From the NCBI GenBank assembly GCA_951406725.2, contig OX597815.1:60760001-60824000 (forward strand): a DNA stretch of 64,000 nt, given 5' to 3'. This document shows, in pieces, positions 28,183 to 41,500 of the stretch. Within the stretch, counting starts at the first letter, position 1. The number at the start of each line of letters is the position of its first letter. The notes under the pieces were generated by a model, which was given only the letters and a program-made list of their open reading frames with translations, made no database searches and was not told the DNA's origin. This DNA comes from Octopus vulgaris (Eukaryota). The position numbers and the translations under genes are program-made.

Positions 28183-28404
28183 CATACACAAAGCTGTTTA
28201 TGTGTGTGTTCATCGTTATACATTGTAGATATTACATGAATATACGTTAGTTCTATAATTTCTTTTAATCACATCTCTTTGGAATTGATGATTTTCTTAT
28301 CTTCGTAATTCCATCATAACATCATTATTTGGCTAGTTTTTATAACTGATATCCTATAATTTCCGTCCCTCTTGACTCTCACATACCTGTTATTTTACGT
28401 GTGA

Positions 28405-28525
28405 AGGTACGTTCCTTAACGGTTAGAAGTCTTGCGCTTATGACCGTAAGATTGTGGTTTCGATTCCTGAACCGAGCGAAGCCTTGTGCTCTTGATCAAA
28501 GCTCTACATTTCACGTTGCAGCTGG
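28405..28525 (+). mobile_element. Decayed tRNA-SINE head fragment
   Basis: B-box-like ggtttcgattcc followed by ttgtgctcttgatcaaagctctacatttcacgttgc, similar to fragments at 15215-15300 and 46760-46845. Confidence 0.55.
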
Positions 28526-29840
28526 CAATAATGAGTACGGCACAAAGTTCCAGAGACCGGCATTATGATCCTATGGATCGGAAGGTATCTTTGAATCCTT
28601 TTGAATTTTTATACATACTATACGGCTTGTGTTTCTTCTGTACCTCGACATCTATATCAAAACTATTGTTTTTCTTTTCTAAGAATATTTATCTTCTTTA
28701 CATAACACAATGTGTTTTCACCGAGAACTAATATTTTCCACACAAACTTTATTGTTAAAAGATCCTGTTTCTTTTTATGCTTTTTTGTTTTGAGATTCAG
28801 TAATTTTATAAACTAACATATATATGCTCATATATTCTTTTTTTTTTTTGGAATAGTGTATCTAGAAGTAACATAAAGCTATAAATAATAGCATGTAAAT
28901 AATAGATTGGATAATCTTTTCAGATAGAAAACGTCGAAGACTGCATGTCATGTCTATAGGAGTTGTGAGCTCGAGTCTCATCAACAGCTTTCGCCCAAAA
29001 GGGATTTAACCTAATATGCGCAAGCTACTATTTATAGCTTTATGTGTGCTTCGAGATCCACTATTCCAAAAAGAATTATATATGTTACATTCTCTCGAAA
29101 GCAGTCGTGGCTCATGTATAGGAACTGCAGAACTGCAGCACCCCCTATTTCCACTCAATATTATCGATAACATTCAATAAAATGAGTCCTTTTTTCTTTA
29201 ATTCTTTCTTTATATTTGTACACTATATAACCCTTAAGCTTAATGTCTGTAGCCATCCCCTAGTTTATAAAAAAATGCAAAAATCCTTGTATAGAATTGT
29301 GCGCTTCACATTCCCAATGACGCGGTGTTTGGCTGTTGTGCGCATGCTCACATGTCCGAGATAGGAAGCTTCACACAAGGGGGAGAGAGAGAGAGAGAGC
29401 ACTGCATGAACAACAGTGCCGGGTGAAAGGAAATGTTTCTTTTTGACTCCACGTGTGTTGTGCTTAAAAACGTGTTTATATTCTTGAATGTGATAAAGTG
29501 TAGAAGTAGATTATTATCCTGCTTCCAGCTTCAATGTTGCTGCTAGGATTTGGAAAATAGGCCACATCCCCGCCACCCTTATTTTGTGATTTAGGAGGAT
29601 CTTTGAAAAGCAAGGGGGAATTCGCGGCGGTGTTCAGTGAACAAATTAAACACACTACCCAGCAGCGGCTAAAACATGAACCGATCAAGTTTATGTATAA
29701 ATGTTCTTTTTATATGTTTGTTTCTTTTACACAGTATTAAAACAACGAGTAAACATTTTCTGAAGCAGAATTTTATCTACGAGCTGCCACTGCTCGAAAG
29801 TTTACAACATTTTTATAACTTCAACAATATACTTATGTGT

Positions 29841-29895
<55 letters not shown>

Positions 29896-30032
29896 TGTGT
29901 GTGTTGTGTGGCGTGTGTGTGTATTTATAGGTATACGTATATATGTGCGTGTGTATGCATATATACACGTATATATGTATACATACACACACACATATAT
30001 ATACATATATAAACAGAAAGAAAATGCACAAA

Positions 30033-30179
30033 CGGGCGTGGTTGTGTTGTAAGAAGCTTGCTTTCTGATCACGTGGTTTCGGGTTCAGTTTCACTGCGTG
30101 GTCCCTTGGGAAGATGCTTCTACTGGGTGGATCAAAGCCTGGGTGTATTTGGTAGATAGAAACGGAAAAAAGTCCGTCG

Positions 30180-30233
<54 letters not shown>

Positions 30234-30408
30234 TATGATTGTTTCCCCATCACGGCTTGCAACCCGTGTTGTTGTGTTTACGTGTTGTTGTGAACTTAGC
30301 GGTTCGGCAAAAAGAACCGATAGAATAAATACTGGGCTTAAAACAAGTCCTGGGATCAGTGCCCCAGCATAGCTAGAATCAAATGACTGAAACAAGTAAA
30401 AGATAAAA
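30033..30408 (+). mobile_element. tRNA-derived SINE, family A
   Basis: Homologous head, internal (TG)n, and tail gtgccccagcatagctagaatcaaatgactgaaacaagtaaaag. Confidence 0.88.
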
Positions 30409-30890
30409 CATACATACAAGTTTTTTATAGTGTACAGAATAGAATAATAATAAAATAAAGAATTAGTAATTGTGGTATCGCTCCCATATTGATGTACAGA
30501 TATAAACGATGCTTCTATTTTTTTTAAGGAAATGAGATGACATACTGCTTAAATCCTTTTATTTTTATTGTTGAACGTTGGCGAGCAAGTTTTTGACTTT
30601 GATTAAAAAGGAAGTGATCATATGGCTGGGTAAGATGCCGATCGTCACTGACAAGTGATGCGGCAAATGAACGCAGGTCTTGAACCTAAACTGTATGTTA
30701 TTTGGTATTGAAGAATTTGGGGTTCAGTGAAGCACTTTCATGCATCACTGCACGTATCTATGTATATTCGTAGATATACGAACGGGCTAGTGCGTACACT
30801 CAACCGTGTGAAAGTTTACCAGTTGCATCTAAATATCCACACACGCACAGAGATATACTTATAGGTATACACACGTTTGTTTATATATAT

Positions 30891-31293
30891 ATACTTAATA
30901 ATTAGGGTTCAGCAAAGATTTGCTTTATCACATACCGAAGTTTAGAAATAGCAGCCAAAACCTTAGCTATTTCTTCTACTTTAAAAAGGGACTCCCAGAG
31001 AAACCAAAATACTTGAAGACAACCCACACAGGCAGAGGGGAAAGCAACGAAAATCAATCAATATCTGGTCATCCATGGACGCGCGTTTCGGAAGTTCCTT
31101 TTTAAAGTAGAAGAAATAGCTAAGGTTTTGGCTGCTATTTCTAAACTTCGGTATCTGGTAAAGCAAATCTTTGCTGAACCCTAATTATTAAGTATTACTT
31201 AAGTTTACCGTGAAATGGTCCTTTTTTCATGCTGAATTCTACTTGGTGAAATTATTGATTACTTCTTAATTAATTAATTTTACCCTTTGTTAT
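30891..31293. mobile_element. PLE-type fold-back module: 99-bp inverted repeat, 107-bp spacer, unique tail, in (TA)n
   Basis: Arms 30891-30989 and 31097-31195 differ at about 2 positions. The spacer holds an HHR 3' half on the minus strand (GAAACGCGCGTC). Confidence 0.65.
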
Positions 31294-31295
31294 TA

Positions 31296-31349
<54 letters not shown>

Positions 31350-31380
31350 TATAAACATAAATACATACATACATACATAC

Positions 31381-31411
<31 letters not shown>

Positions 31412-32306
31412 CATACATACATACATACATACATACATACATACATACACTTTCACTTGTCGCACCAGGTGATCCTGTCTCCTCTCATCACCCACAAACT
31501 TCTACTGGACTCGCTACACTTCAGTTGTACCTCTCCTGCCTATGGATTACACTGGACTCCTCTGTTTGGAAAAATTCATATAACGACGTGTATAACATTT
31601 ACGATGTATATACAAAACTAGAACGTTACCAGCAGTATCATTTGATCTTGGGGGAAAATTTCAAAGGGACTTTTCTGTTAAAAAGCACAGAGCTCGCCCA
31701 GAATGTCGTCGGTGGATCGTCACCAAGTAGACTAAATTGGGTTGAAACACCTTATTTGAAGATCCACTAATGACATTCTGAACAGTCTTTCCGGTGTTTA
31801 ATACACAAAATCTGAGAAGTTTCTTTGCCACAAAATATTACAACTAGTGCCGTACTACATTTGTATTTACATAATAAATGCTATTCATAATGTTATCTTA
31901 ATTTAATACGGTTTCGTTTCCTTGAAATTGCAAGATACACTCAAAACTGTCTGGATGCGTTACTGCCAGAATTTCGCACCCACTTCTTCAGGCGATTACT
32001 GACATCTACCGCTTGTATTACATTTATCGCAGGAATTCCCCACCCAAAAGCCTAGATTTTGTCGAAGCATCATCCACTTTAAAACAGTTTTTTTGATTGA
32101 GAATCAAAAGCTATGATGAGAGAAATAAGTAAATACATATATAAATAGATAAATAAATACTTGCGTGGTGAGGAGCAAGATTATAATTTTAAATTATAAT
32201 TCTTTCAATTATAATAGAAAGAGAATATAAAACCTGTCTTGTGGGGTGGTGTGGGAATGGTAGTTTAGGAACAACTTGAAAACTACTACGACTACTACTA
32301 CTGCTG

Positions 32307-32350
<44 letters not shown>

Positions 32351-33039
32351 GCTACTGCTACTGCTACTGCTGCTGCTGCTAATATTACGACTCTACTAAA
32401 TAACTACTAATATTACAACTCTCATTACCGCCATCAGGATATGCACTGTCAAGTTAGGTGTGCATGCACGAGTCTTGATTGTATATGTGCGCGTGCACGC
32501 GTCTTATATCTCTACTTGGTGTGACAACATATTGTGTGCATAAAAATGAGTTTTATTCTTAATTATACAAATTTCTGTAAACCAAAACACTTGTAATTCT
32601 TTATGTGAAAAACAGTTGTTGTTGACTGTTCAAAGCAAGCACGAGTAAACTATGCTGATGAGATTGGATAATTCAGGAACATGCCTTACCTGCAAATAAA
32701 GATCAACATTTCCTTAAATATGCATTTGTTATTTTATGAAATTAATTGTTACATTTTCTGAAGTTATTCTTCCTTCACATCGAGAATGGATAACACTTAC
32801 CACTAGCTTGTTTTTTGTCTTCTTTTTCAAAGAAGATAATTCCGATTTACAAAATTTGGGCATAAGTACTTCAGTAAATGCCCTCTGCTTTGGGATTTCT
32901 TTCTCATAGGTCATTTCACAATTTATTTATGCAGATTATTACTGGTTAAAATTCTATGAAAGGCAAAGTTGACCACGGCGGTATTTGAACACAGAAGAAA
33001 TTCTAAGAGACATTTTATTCAACAAACAATTTAGCGGAA

Positions 33040-33660
33040 TTTGTCCCTAATGAAATCCAATAAGGTCAAAACGTAGCCATAGTTTTCTCTCTTGTCAAAT
33101 ATCAAAGGCCATACTTTCCCCTAAACTTGTTAATTCATATTGTGAATATAATTCGTCTATCCATCCATCTTCGCCCACTATTCTTGAAGTCGTCATGGAG
33201 GTAGACTCCTCAGGCACATCTTCCATAGGGTTCTATCAGAAACAACAGTCATTACACTTTTCGGTTGCATTTCTAAGACTGAACAAACTGAGACAATGGA
33301 TATTATCCAACTATCTTTCTTTTGAGCTACCTCTAGGTCTTCTGCCGCTTGGCTCGCCTTGAAGAATATGTCTTGTGATTCTTTCCTGCGGCATTCTTAT
33401 CACTTGTTCTTAGTACCAGAGCTGTAACCTCTCAATGCAGAGAAATAGCGACTCAACTTGAGGAGACACCCTGATCACCGAGATAATTGACTCACCAGGA
33501 GGTTACATTTAGCATGCACTGAATGGGTTCACTGCCGAGTGCTACAAGGCAGAGATGAGAATTAGTATTGCGAATATTGAGACATTGATCCTCTCTGCAT
33601 GTTAGTGGAATATCACAGAGACATGTAGAGAAGCTTAAATATCTCTGGAACGTATTCACA
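33040..33660 (-). pseudogene. RTE-clade LINE 3' remnant
   Basis: Minus strand shows a decayed post-RT RTE pattern (LNVTSW; MPQERITRHILQGEP-like; terminal Cys/His region). Many lesions. Confidence 0.5.
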
Positions 33661-33744
33661 GATTATGGAAAGCAGGATTCTGAATTTCTGGATTCTGAAA
33701 GGTAGAATTGCATGAATTAATTCTTAATATATTGAAATTATCTT

Positions 33745-33938
33745 AAAGCGGCAAGATGGCAGAATAGTTAGCACGCTGGACAAAATACTTAGCGGTAATT
33801 CGATGTCTTTATTGAGTTCAAATTCTGCCGAGGTCGACTTTACCTTTCATCATTTCGGGGTCGATAAAAGTACCAGTTGAGTACAAGGGTTGATATAATG
33901 AACTTATCCTCTCCCCGAAATTTCTGACCTTGTGCCTA
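33745..33938 (+). mobile_element. tRNA-derived SINE, family B (diverged)
   Basis: aaagcggcaagatggcagaatagttagc...gagttcaaattctgccgaggtcgactttacctttcat matches 26085-26250. Confidence 0.8.
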
Positions 33939-34140
33939 CTCCAAACAATATTTCACCTCTACATCAACAACCAATCACTGCAATTCTCCCCCGTCTCCTT
34001 TTCCTCCTCTGCTCACTGTACTCACAGTGTTTTAAAGAATTTTAAGATATGTCTTTCTTATAACCAGAAACTGACAGTTGATTCTTAGAATTCTGGATTC
34101 CTTGGTCTTTTATCTTTGTTACTCACACTCTCTAACCCAC

Positions 34141-34172
<32 letters not shown>

Positions 34173-34230
34173 GCGTGTGTGGTTGTGTATTTATATGTGT
34201 GTGTGTATGTATATAATATATATATATATG

Positions 34231-34261
<31 letters not shown>

Positions 34262-34385
34262 ATACACACATACACACACACACACATATATATAAATAAT
34301 ATAATATAATATAATATATATGCGATGATTAACCGCTAAATCCACAAGTGTTTTTTATTCTCTCTCTGTTTATTTCCTCGTGTTC

Positions 34386-34421
34386 ATTTCTGTTGAAGAG
34401 CTTAGGCTCGAAACGTAAAAG
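34386..34421 (+). ncRNA. Minimal hammerhead motif (core variant CUGUUGA) in a PLE pLTR remnant (about 34320-34507)
   Basis: attt-CTGTTGA-a-gagc-ttag-gctc-GAAA-cg-TA-aaag. Stem II is kept while the loop differs from 18176 and 58866. Confidence 0.6.
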
Positions 34422-34504
34422 ACTTCCTCACCTTCCCGATCGTCAAACTAATACACCTGATTGTTGTTTATACACCTGTCTTCGTCTGTTGACCTGCAAA
34501 TTTC

Positions 34505-34541
<37 letters not shown>

Positions 34542-34889
34542 CATACATACATACATACATACATACATACATGGGTACAGGACGTCACTAACGGTGCAAA
34601 TGACATACACACGAGAGATAGATATACAAAACGTAGGCATAAAATGCAAGAACAAAAAATGGAAAACAGAACAAGTTAGCATAGAAAAAGGACCCTTCAT
34701 CAGTTGTCGGCTGTCTATCTACTCTTCATTTCGAGCATTCAAACGACAATATGAGTCTTCAAAGTCAGTAGCTCCCATAAGTTCTAAAATAAAAGTTGGG
34801 AGCAAAAAAGCAACAGTGGAGGTGTACAAAGAAACCAAACGAAAACAGACATAAAGGGTCGTTAGACTGGAACGAAGGAGAATAGTAAA

Positions 34890-35152
34890 TAATATTTAGA
34901 GCGTGGGGCTCAAGATCATGAGGTAGTGAGATCGATTCCGAACCGGGTAGTTTATCTTGTTCTTGAGTTGCGACGTCGCTGGTGCCAAGCTGTATAGGCC
35001 TTTGCCTTTTGCTTGGATAACATCGGTGGCGTGGAGAGGGAGTGCTGGTATGCATGGGCGACTGTTGGTCTTCCATAAACAACCTTCCTGGACCCGTACC
35101 TCGGTGGGCAATTATCTAGGTGCAATCCCAGGGTCATTTATGACCGAAGGTT
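34890..35152 (+). mobile_element. SINE-like/retroelement fragment
   Basis: B-box-like gagatcgattcc head followed by a GC-richer body, between microsatellites. Family not recognised. Confidence 0.45.
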
Positions 35153-35317
35153 GGATCTCTCTACATATACATATCTCACTCTTTTTATCCCTCTCCTTCC
35201 CTTCCTCCCTCTATCTATCTATTTGTCTATCTATCTATCTACCTATCTATCTCTTTCTTTCTCTGTCTCTCTCTCTCTCACTCTCTCTCTCCCAATACAT
35301 GTGTGTGTGGATACACG

Positions 35318-35349
<32 letters not shown>

Positions 35350-35639
35350 TGTATGTATCAGTGAGTGTATGTATAAGCTATAACTATACCTATATATACA
35401 TATATACCATACGTACATATGTGTGTATATATATGTATATATATATATATTATATAATTTATCCATGTATATATATACACACACGCAAACAAGTATATAT
35501 GCACACGCATACATACACACATCTTGAATTCATCTATGCACAACAGTGCGCACGACAATGCGCACGACAATGTGCTGAGCCAGCTTAAACCAATGCTGTC
35601 GGTGATATACATATATGTATGTATGTGTATATATGTATG

Positions 35640-35718
<79 letters not shown>

Positions 35719-35721
<3 letters not shown>

Positions 35722-37106
35722 CAAGATAAGAAAATGGAGAAATACATCTAAATCAAATATCAATTACCAGATAATACTCAATCACATACTTTATTAAACA
35801 ACCACATAAGAGACTGTAGGGTTAAATATAAAAAGCAGAACAAATCAGTATACATAAAGGAATGTACATAAAAAAGTGTTCATAAAAGAGCAATGTTGTA
35901 TAATAAGTAGAATATATATAAAAGAGAATATAAATATAAGTATAGATTACATCTTACAGCTGTTTCGGCCATGTAGATAAGTATGTCTCATTTTACCAAT
36001 ATTAGCCCTTTATGGTTAGTCAATATAAAGATATAAATGAGACATTTACAAAAATATCATAAGGCCTCTTCGGAGATTATGTAATATAAATCAGTCTACA
36101 TATATACCCACATGGGTGTGGGTGCATACCCATAATACAACATATACATATGAGTGCATGTATTCACACTCTTATACATATAAAAATATACATATACATA
36201 ATGATATAAATAAATAATATAAATTAGTAAACATATATATGTATTCCACATTCAATGTCTCAGTTTTTCGACTTAATATTGTGATAATAAACATACACAA
36301 ATTAGTATCTAGATGCAAATATACATAGTCAATTGTACATTATATTACTTCATAATAATTTCTAAAGTGTCATTAAAGTTAGCATCATTATCGTTGTCTA
36401 TATCATTAATGTTACTATTATTATCATTCATAATATTATTAATAACGCTTACATTAGGATCCAGAGCGGTATATATGTATGTCCGGGTTCCAATTAGTAA
36501 TTTTCCTTATGACATAGGAAAATATATACCCATGTGGGTATATATGTAGACTGATTTATATTACATAATCTCCGAAGAGGCCTTATGATATTTTTGTAAA
36601 TGTCTCATTTATATCTATATATTGACCAACCATAAAGGGCTAATATTGGTAAAATGAGACATACTTATCTACATGGCCGAAACAGCTGTAAGATGTAATC
36701 TATACTTACATTTATATTTACTTATATTTATATTCTCTTATATATATATTCTACGTACAACATTGCTCTTTTATGTACACTTTTTTATGTACATTCCTTT
36801 ATGTACACTGATTTGTTCTGCTTTTTATATTTAACCCTACAGTCTCTTATGTGGTGGTTTAATAAAGTATGTGATTGAGTATTATCTGGTAATTGATATT
36901 TGATTTAGATGCATTTCTCCATTTTCTTATCTTGTATTAGTAATTTGTGGTAAATCATTTTACCTTTGCCCATATAATACAGTAAATGAATTAATTGCAT
37001 CGCAATCATTAACATTTATGTATTAACTTTGTTGGGTACTTCACTAGCAGTATATTGGATATATGTTATCCCATGGAGGGTTGCATTTACAACCCCTATC
37101 TCAATT

Positions 37107-37108
<2 letters not shown>
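35719..37108 (+). mobile_element. PLE pLTR fold-back module: ~400-bp inverted repeat, ~410-bp spacer, unique 3' tail
   Basis: Arms 35719-36117 and 36528-36937 are near-identical reverse complements, each carrying an HHR. TA repeats at both ends. Confidence 0.75.
36561..36698 (+). ncRNA. Type I hammerhead with ~100-nt extended stem II (mirror copy on the minus strand at about 35947-36084)
   Basis: atct-CCGAAGA-GGCC...[tgtctcattt...aaatgagaca]...GGCC-GAAA-cagctg-TA-agat. Palindromic stem III ACAGCTGT, GUA triplet, core U4->C. Confidence 0.72.
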
Positions 37109-37162
<54 letters not shown>

Positions 37163-37170
37163 TTAAATAA

Positions 37171-37260
<90 letters not shown>

Positions 37261-37547
37261 GGATGGACAGATATGGATAAATAGATAGATAATATTGCCG
37301 GTGATGTTGTCGACTCACACGGCAAAGTTCACTGCAACAATGCTGCAACAATAAGACATTGCTGGAGCTGCTTCTATAAATCTGCGATTGTTGGGAGAGT
37401 GAGGCGGGGCGGAGTGGTTTTGACAGAATTCTTAGAATTAATTCAACGCTGTCTACGTTTTAATGGCCAGTTTACACAGGAACTGATTCATTTTTTTTTT
37501 GGTTTTGGTTTGGTTTCTGGTGAGGTTTTGGAATTACTTTTCCGTCG

Positions 37548-37613
<66 letters not shown>

Positions 37614-37965
37614 TGCAAAGTCTTTGTTTTTATTTTTTTAAAGACAATGAGTGAATGATTTAACGATTTCTTGTGTTTTATTTATTTAGCTTTTAGCTAC
37701 TACACAAAAACAACCTCTCAGACATTACAAACACACGCATAAAAACATACACCTATTTCTTATAGCTGTATATTTCTCATACACACAGATGTACACACAT
37801 ACGTGCATATATACATTTCTATGAGTATATGTATGCATGTGCGTGTCTATGTGCAATATATACATAAATATATGTGCATTCACAAATATATTTATAGATA
37901 CACATATACACACTGGCATGTGTACACACACATTTGCATATTGAAACTCAGATATACACACGCAT

Positions 37966-38055
37966 TTAATAATAATAACAACAACAACAACAACAACAAT
38001 AATAATAATAATAACGATAACAACAAAAATGATAATAATAATAATAATAATGATG

Positions 38056-38120
<65 letters not shown>

Positions 38121-38228
38121 AAGAAGAAGAAGAAGGAGGAGGAGGAGGAGGAGGAGGAGGAGGAGGAGGAGAAGAAGAAGAAGAAGAAGAAGAAGAAGAA
38201 GAAGAAGAAGAAGAAGAAGAAGAAGAAT
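37966..38228. repeat. Compound microsatellite AAT/AAC -> AAG -> GAG -> AAG
   Basis: Directly visible. Confidence 0.9.
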
Positions 38229-38589
38229 AGAGCTCCGGGCTGAATAACAACATGGATGTTCCCTGGGAGCCTCTCTCCAAAAAAACGAATTTAATCCAAC
38301 AACATCGTTGCAATGGAAGAAAGGGTCCACAAAATATCTTTTCCAAATTTTCTTTTAAGGCAAAGTAACTAAAAAGTCCGAACTCTTATTGCCATATATA
38401 GTATGGTTTTCTTTCTTTTATGAATAATATTTCCATGTGACATGCATAAAAAATAGAAACAAACATCAGAGCTCTTGAAAGACGTAATTGAAAGTACGTA
38501 AATTGGTTGATTAATTAATTAATTAAATAAGTATACGTGCAGCTGTTTATGCATACACGTACACATTTTAATTATAAAGCATAAATAAT

Positions 38590-41500
38590 GCTTAGACGCG
38601 CTCACACGTACACACAGAAAGAAAAACCACGTTATGCGGACGAAAACAAAACAAAAACAAAGCGATTTTTCACGAACAAACGCAAAAAAAGAGCAAATTG
38701 GTCACTGAATTTAGAACGTCACTGAACAGTTATGCCCGGAAACATGTCTACCAAAAGAAATAGAGGCGAATTTCGATCTGTAAGTCTTATGCGAGTTCGA
38801 TATGAACAATATATTAATTCGGAGAATTCAGAAGCGGTGTCTTGTCAAAAAGTTGACCCTGTACAAACAGTCCCTTCTTCTAACGTCACCGTCACAGAAC
38901 CGGCGCCTTGTCAAAAAGTTGACTCAGAAAAAATGAACCCCTCTGATGTCGCCGTCAATCATTTAATGAAAACAAGCCAAAAATCATGCCGGATCGGTCA
39001 TCGCCCGGGACAACAAGGACCGTGTTACCCAGTAGGGAACCAGACTGGGGTCGAAAAGTTTGCTGCTGAAACAAACTCTCAAAAAGACGATCTACCAGGT
39101 GACCAGAACCAGAATACTTCTAACTCTGGACTTGGAGTGACACCACCTAAAGCAAAACGTATAAAATGGACCAGAGAGGACTATATAGATGTGTTGAAAG
39201 CTTTTTATACAGCCCAACTAAACCCAAACAATAACCTCAGCGTACAAACATACATCTCATGGAGAAATTCAGTAGGCAATGAAGTACGTAGATATACAGA
39301 CGCAAATAAATTAAGTAATGTACGCAGAGATATAATTAAAAACAAAAGACTAACTGACGCTGAAATTGACCAAATTAGGACACTCTTGATAGACCAAAAG
39401 AAAACAGCAACAATGTAGACAAAATAGGTAACAGTAGCACAGAAGCCAGTGTACAAGCGGTAAATCAACTTCCCAATGGGGAAGTTAAACAAAGAATAGC
39501 GAAGACGAGAGATTTGAAAAAGAGGAGAACGTAGACCTTCCTCAAGAAAACCAAAATAGATATGACATAGAATTTGAGGTGAATAATAGAGAAAAGATTA
39601 TAGAAGCAAAAGTGGACATTATGAGAGAACTCGGCAAGATTGAGCTCACTGACATGGTTAATAGAGAACCGCTACCAAAGTTTTCAAACGGCACAAGAAA
39701 TAACAACACAATCATGACATATAACGTTGCCCTAGGACAGATCTTAAGAAATAAGGGGAATGATCTGACAACCTTAAATAATCTCATTTATTCCACTGCT
39801 AAAGTAGTAACTACCCAACTAGGTATTAAGATGACAAAGAAAAAGGCCAGGCATGTCAATGAACCTCCTAAGTGGAAAGTAGCAATACAAAAAGAGATTG
39901 AATCTCTGCGGGCGGATGTTTCAGTTCTCGATGAGCTTGCTAGAGGAGTGAATATTAAGTCGAGAAAAGCTAGAAAAATCAAGCAAAAATATAAAATCAA
40001 AGATCTCATAAACCTCCCTGCAATTAAGGAACTGTTGAAACAACGAATACAGTTGAAAGCCCAACGGCTTAGAAGGTATGACAAAAGAAACAAATTTCAT
40101 CGACAAAATAAATTTTTTAAGACAGATGCAAAGAAATTTTATAGGGAAATTGGCAAAAATAAAATACACATAGAAGATCCACCTAAGATTGAGGAAGTGG
40201 AGGAGTTCTGGAAGAAGGTATGGAGCAACGAAAAAGAGTTTAATGCTGAGGCTGACTGGATAGAACGTGAGAAAGAGAGACTGGAAGAACTTGAAGAACA
40301 GAAATGGGAAGCAATAGGAATAGAGGAGCTAAGGTGTGTCCTTAGGAAGGCTCATAAATGGAAAACCCCAGGACTGGATCGGATCCCTAACTTCTGGCTG
40401 AATTGTTTGACAGAGGTACACGAAAATCTCGCTGCATCTCTGTCTGATGTCATTCAGAGCAAATACCTGCTTGGCTGACTGAAGGAACCACCTACCTATT
40501 ACCTAAAACCGAAGACACAAAAAACCCAAATAATTACCGGCCAATAACATGTCTCAACACCACCTACAAAATCCTCACATCCATAATAACGGAGAGAATG
40601 TACGCTTTCCTTGAACAAAACTCTATCCTTCCACAAGCTCAAAAAGGTTGTAAAAGAAACTCTTATGGGTGCAAAGACCAATTGCTCATAAACAGAATGA
40701 TTGTAGAGAATTGCCGGAGCAAAAACAAAAACCTGAGTATGGCATGGATAGACTACAGGAAAGCGTATGACAGTGTCCCACATAAATAGATACTCAAGGC
40801 CCTTGAGATATACAAGATCTCTCCTGTCGTCTCAAAATTCTTAGAGAATAGCATGACCATGTGGAACACACGTCTCTTTCTAAGCCATAGTAATGGGATG
40901 AGCCAGTCCAACAGCATCAACATCAAACGAGGCATCTTTCAAGGTGACTCCCTCTCTCCATTACTTTTTTGCATGGCACTGATCCCACTCTCAAACGAAT
41001 TGGATAGTACCAGATATGGGTACAAAGTTTTTAGTAAGTCAATAAACCACCTTTTCTATATGGACGACCTAAAGCTGTTTGCCAGGAATGACCAAGAGCT
41101 AGAAGGGCTGTTAACAACTGTTAAAGAGTTTAGCAATGATATCGGAATGGATTTTGGCCTTGATAAGTGTGCTAAAGCAACTTTTGTAAGAGGCAAGCTC
41201 AGGCAAACAGCTTCTGTTAAATTAGATATTGACACTACCATCAAGGAACTTGACCCACAAGAAAGTTACAAATACCTAGGAATCAACGAAGGAGATGGTA
41301 TACATCATGCTACTATGAAGGAAAAAATAAGAAAGGAATACTATAGGAGAGTAAGGCTTGTACTGAAGACTGAACTCAACTCCAAAAATTGCATTGAGGC
41401 CATTAACACCCTGGTACTTCCAGTAGTCCAGTACAGTTTTAGCATCATTAACTGGAAACTTACGGAACTCCAACGCTTGGACAGGAAGACAAGAAAATTA

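Noticed and set aside
34690-34765. Minus-strand GAAA...CTGATGA arrangement suggesting a permuted (type II) hammerhead
   Set aside because: Stems I and III do not pair convincingly. Probably PLE-derived but not supportable as an HHR.
38732-38985. ORF extension upstream of the Dong ORF
   Set aside because: No recognisable domain and contains a ~66-bp tandem duplication; more likely 5' UTR that is open by chance.
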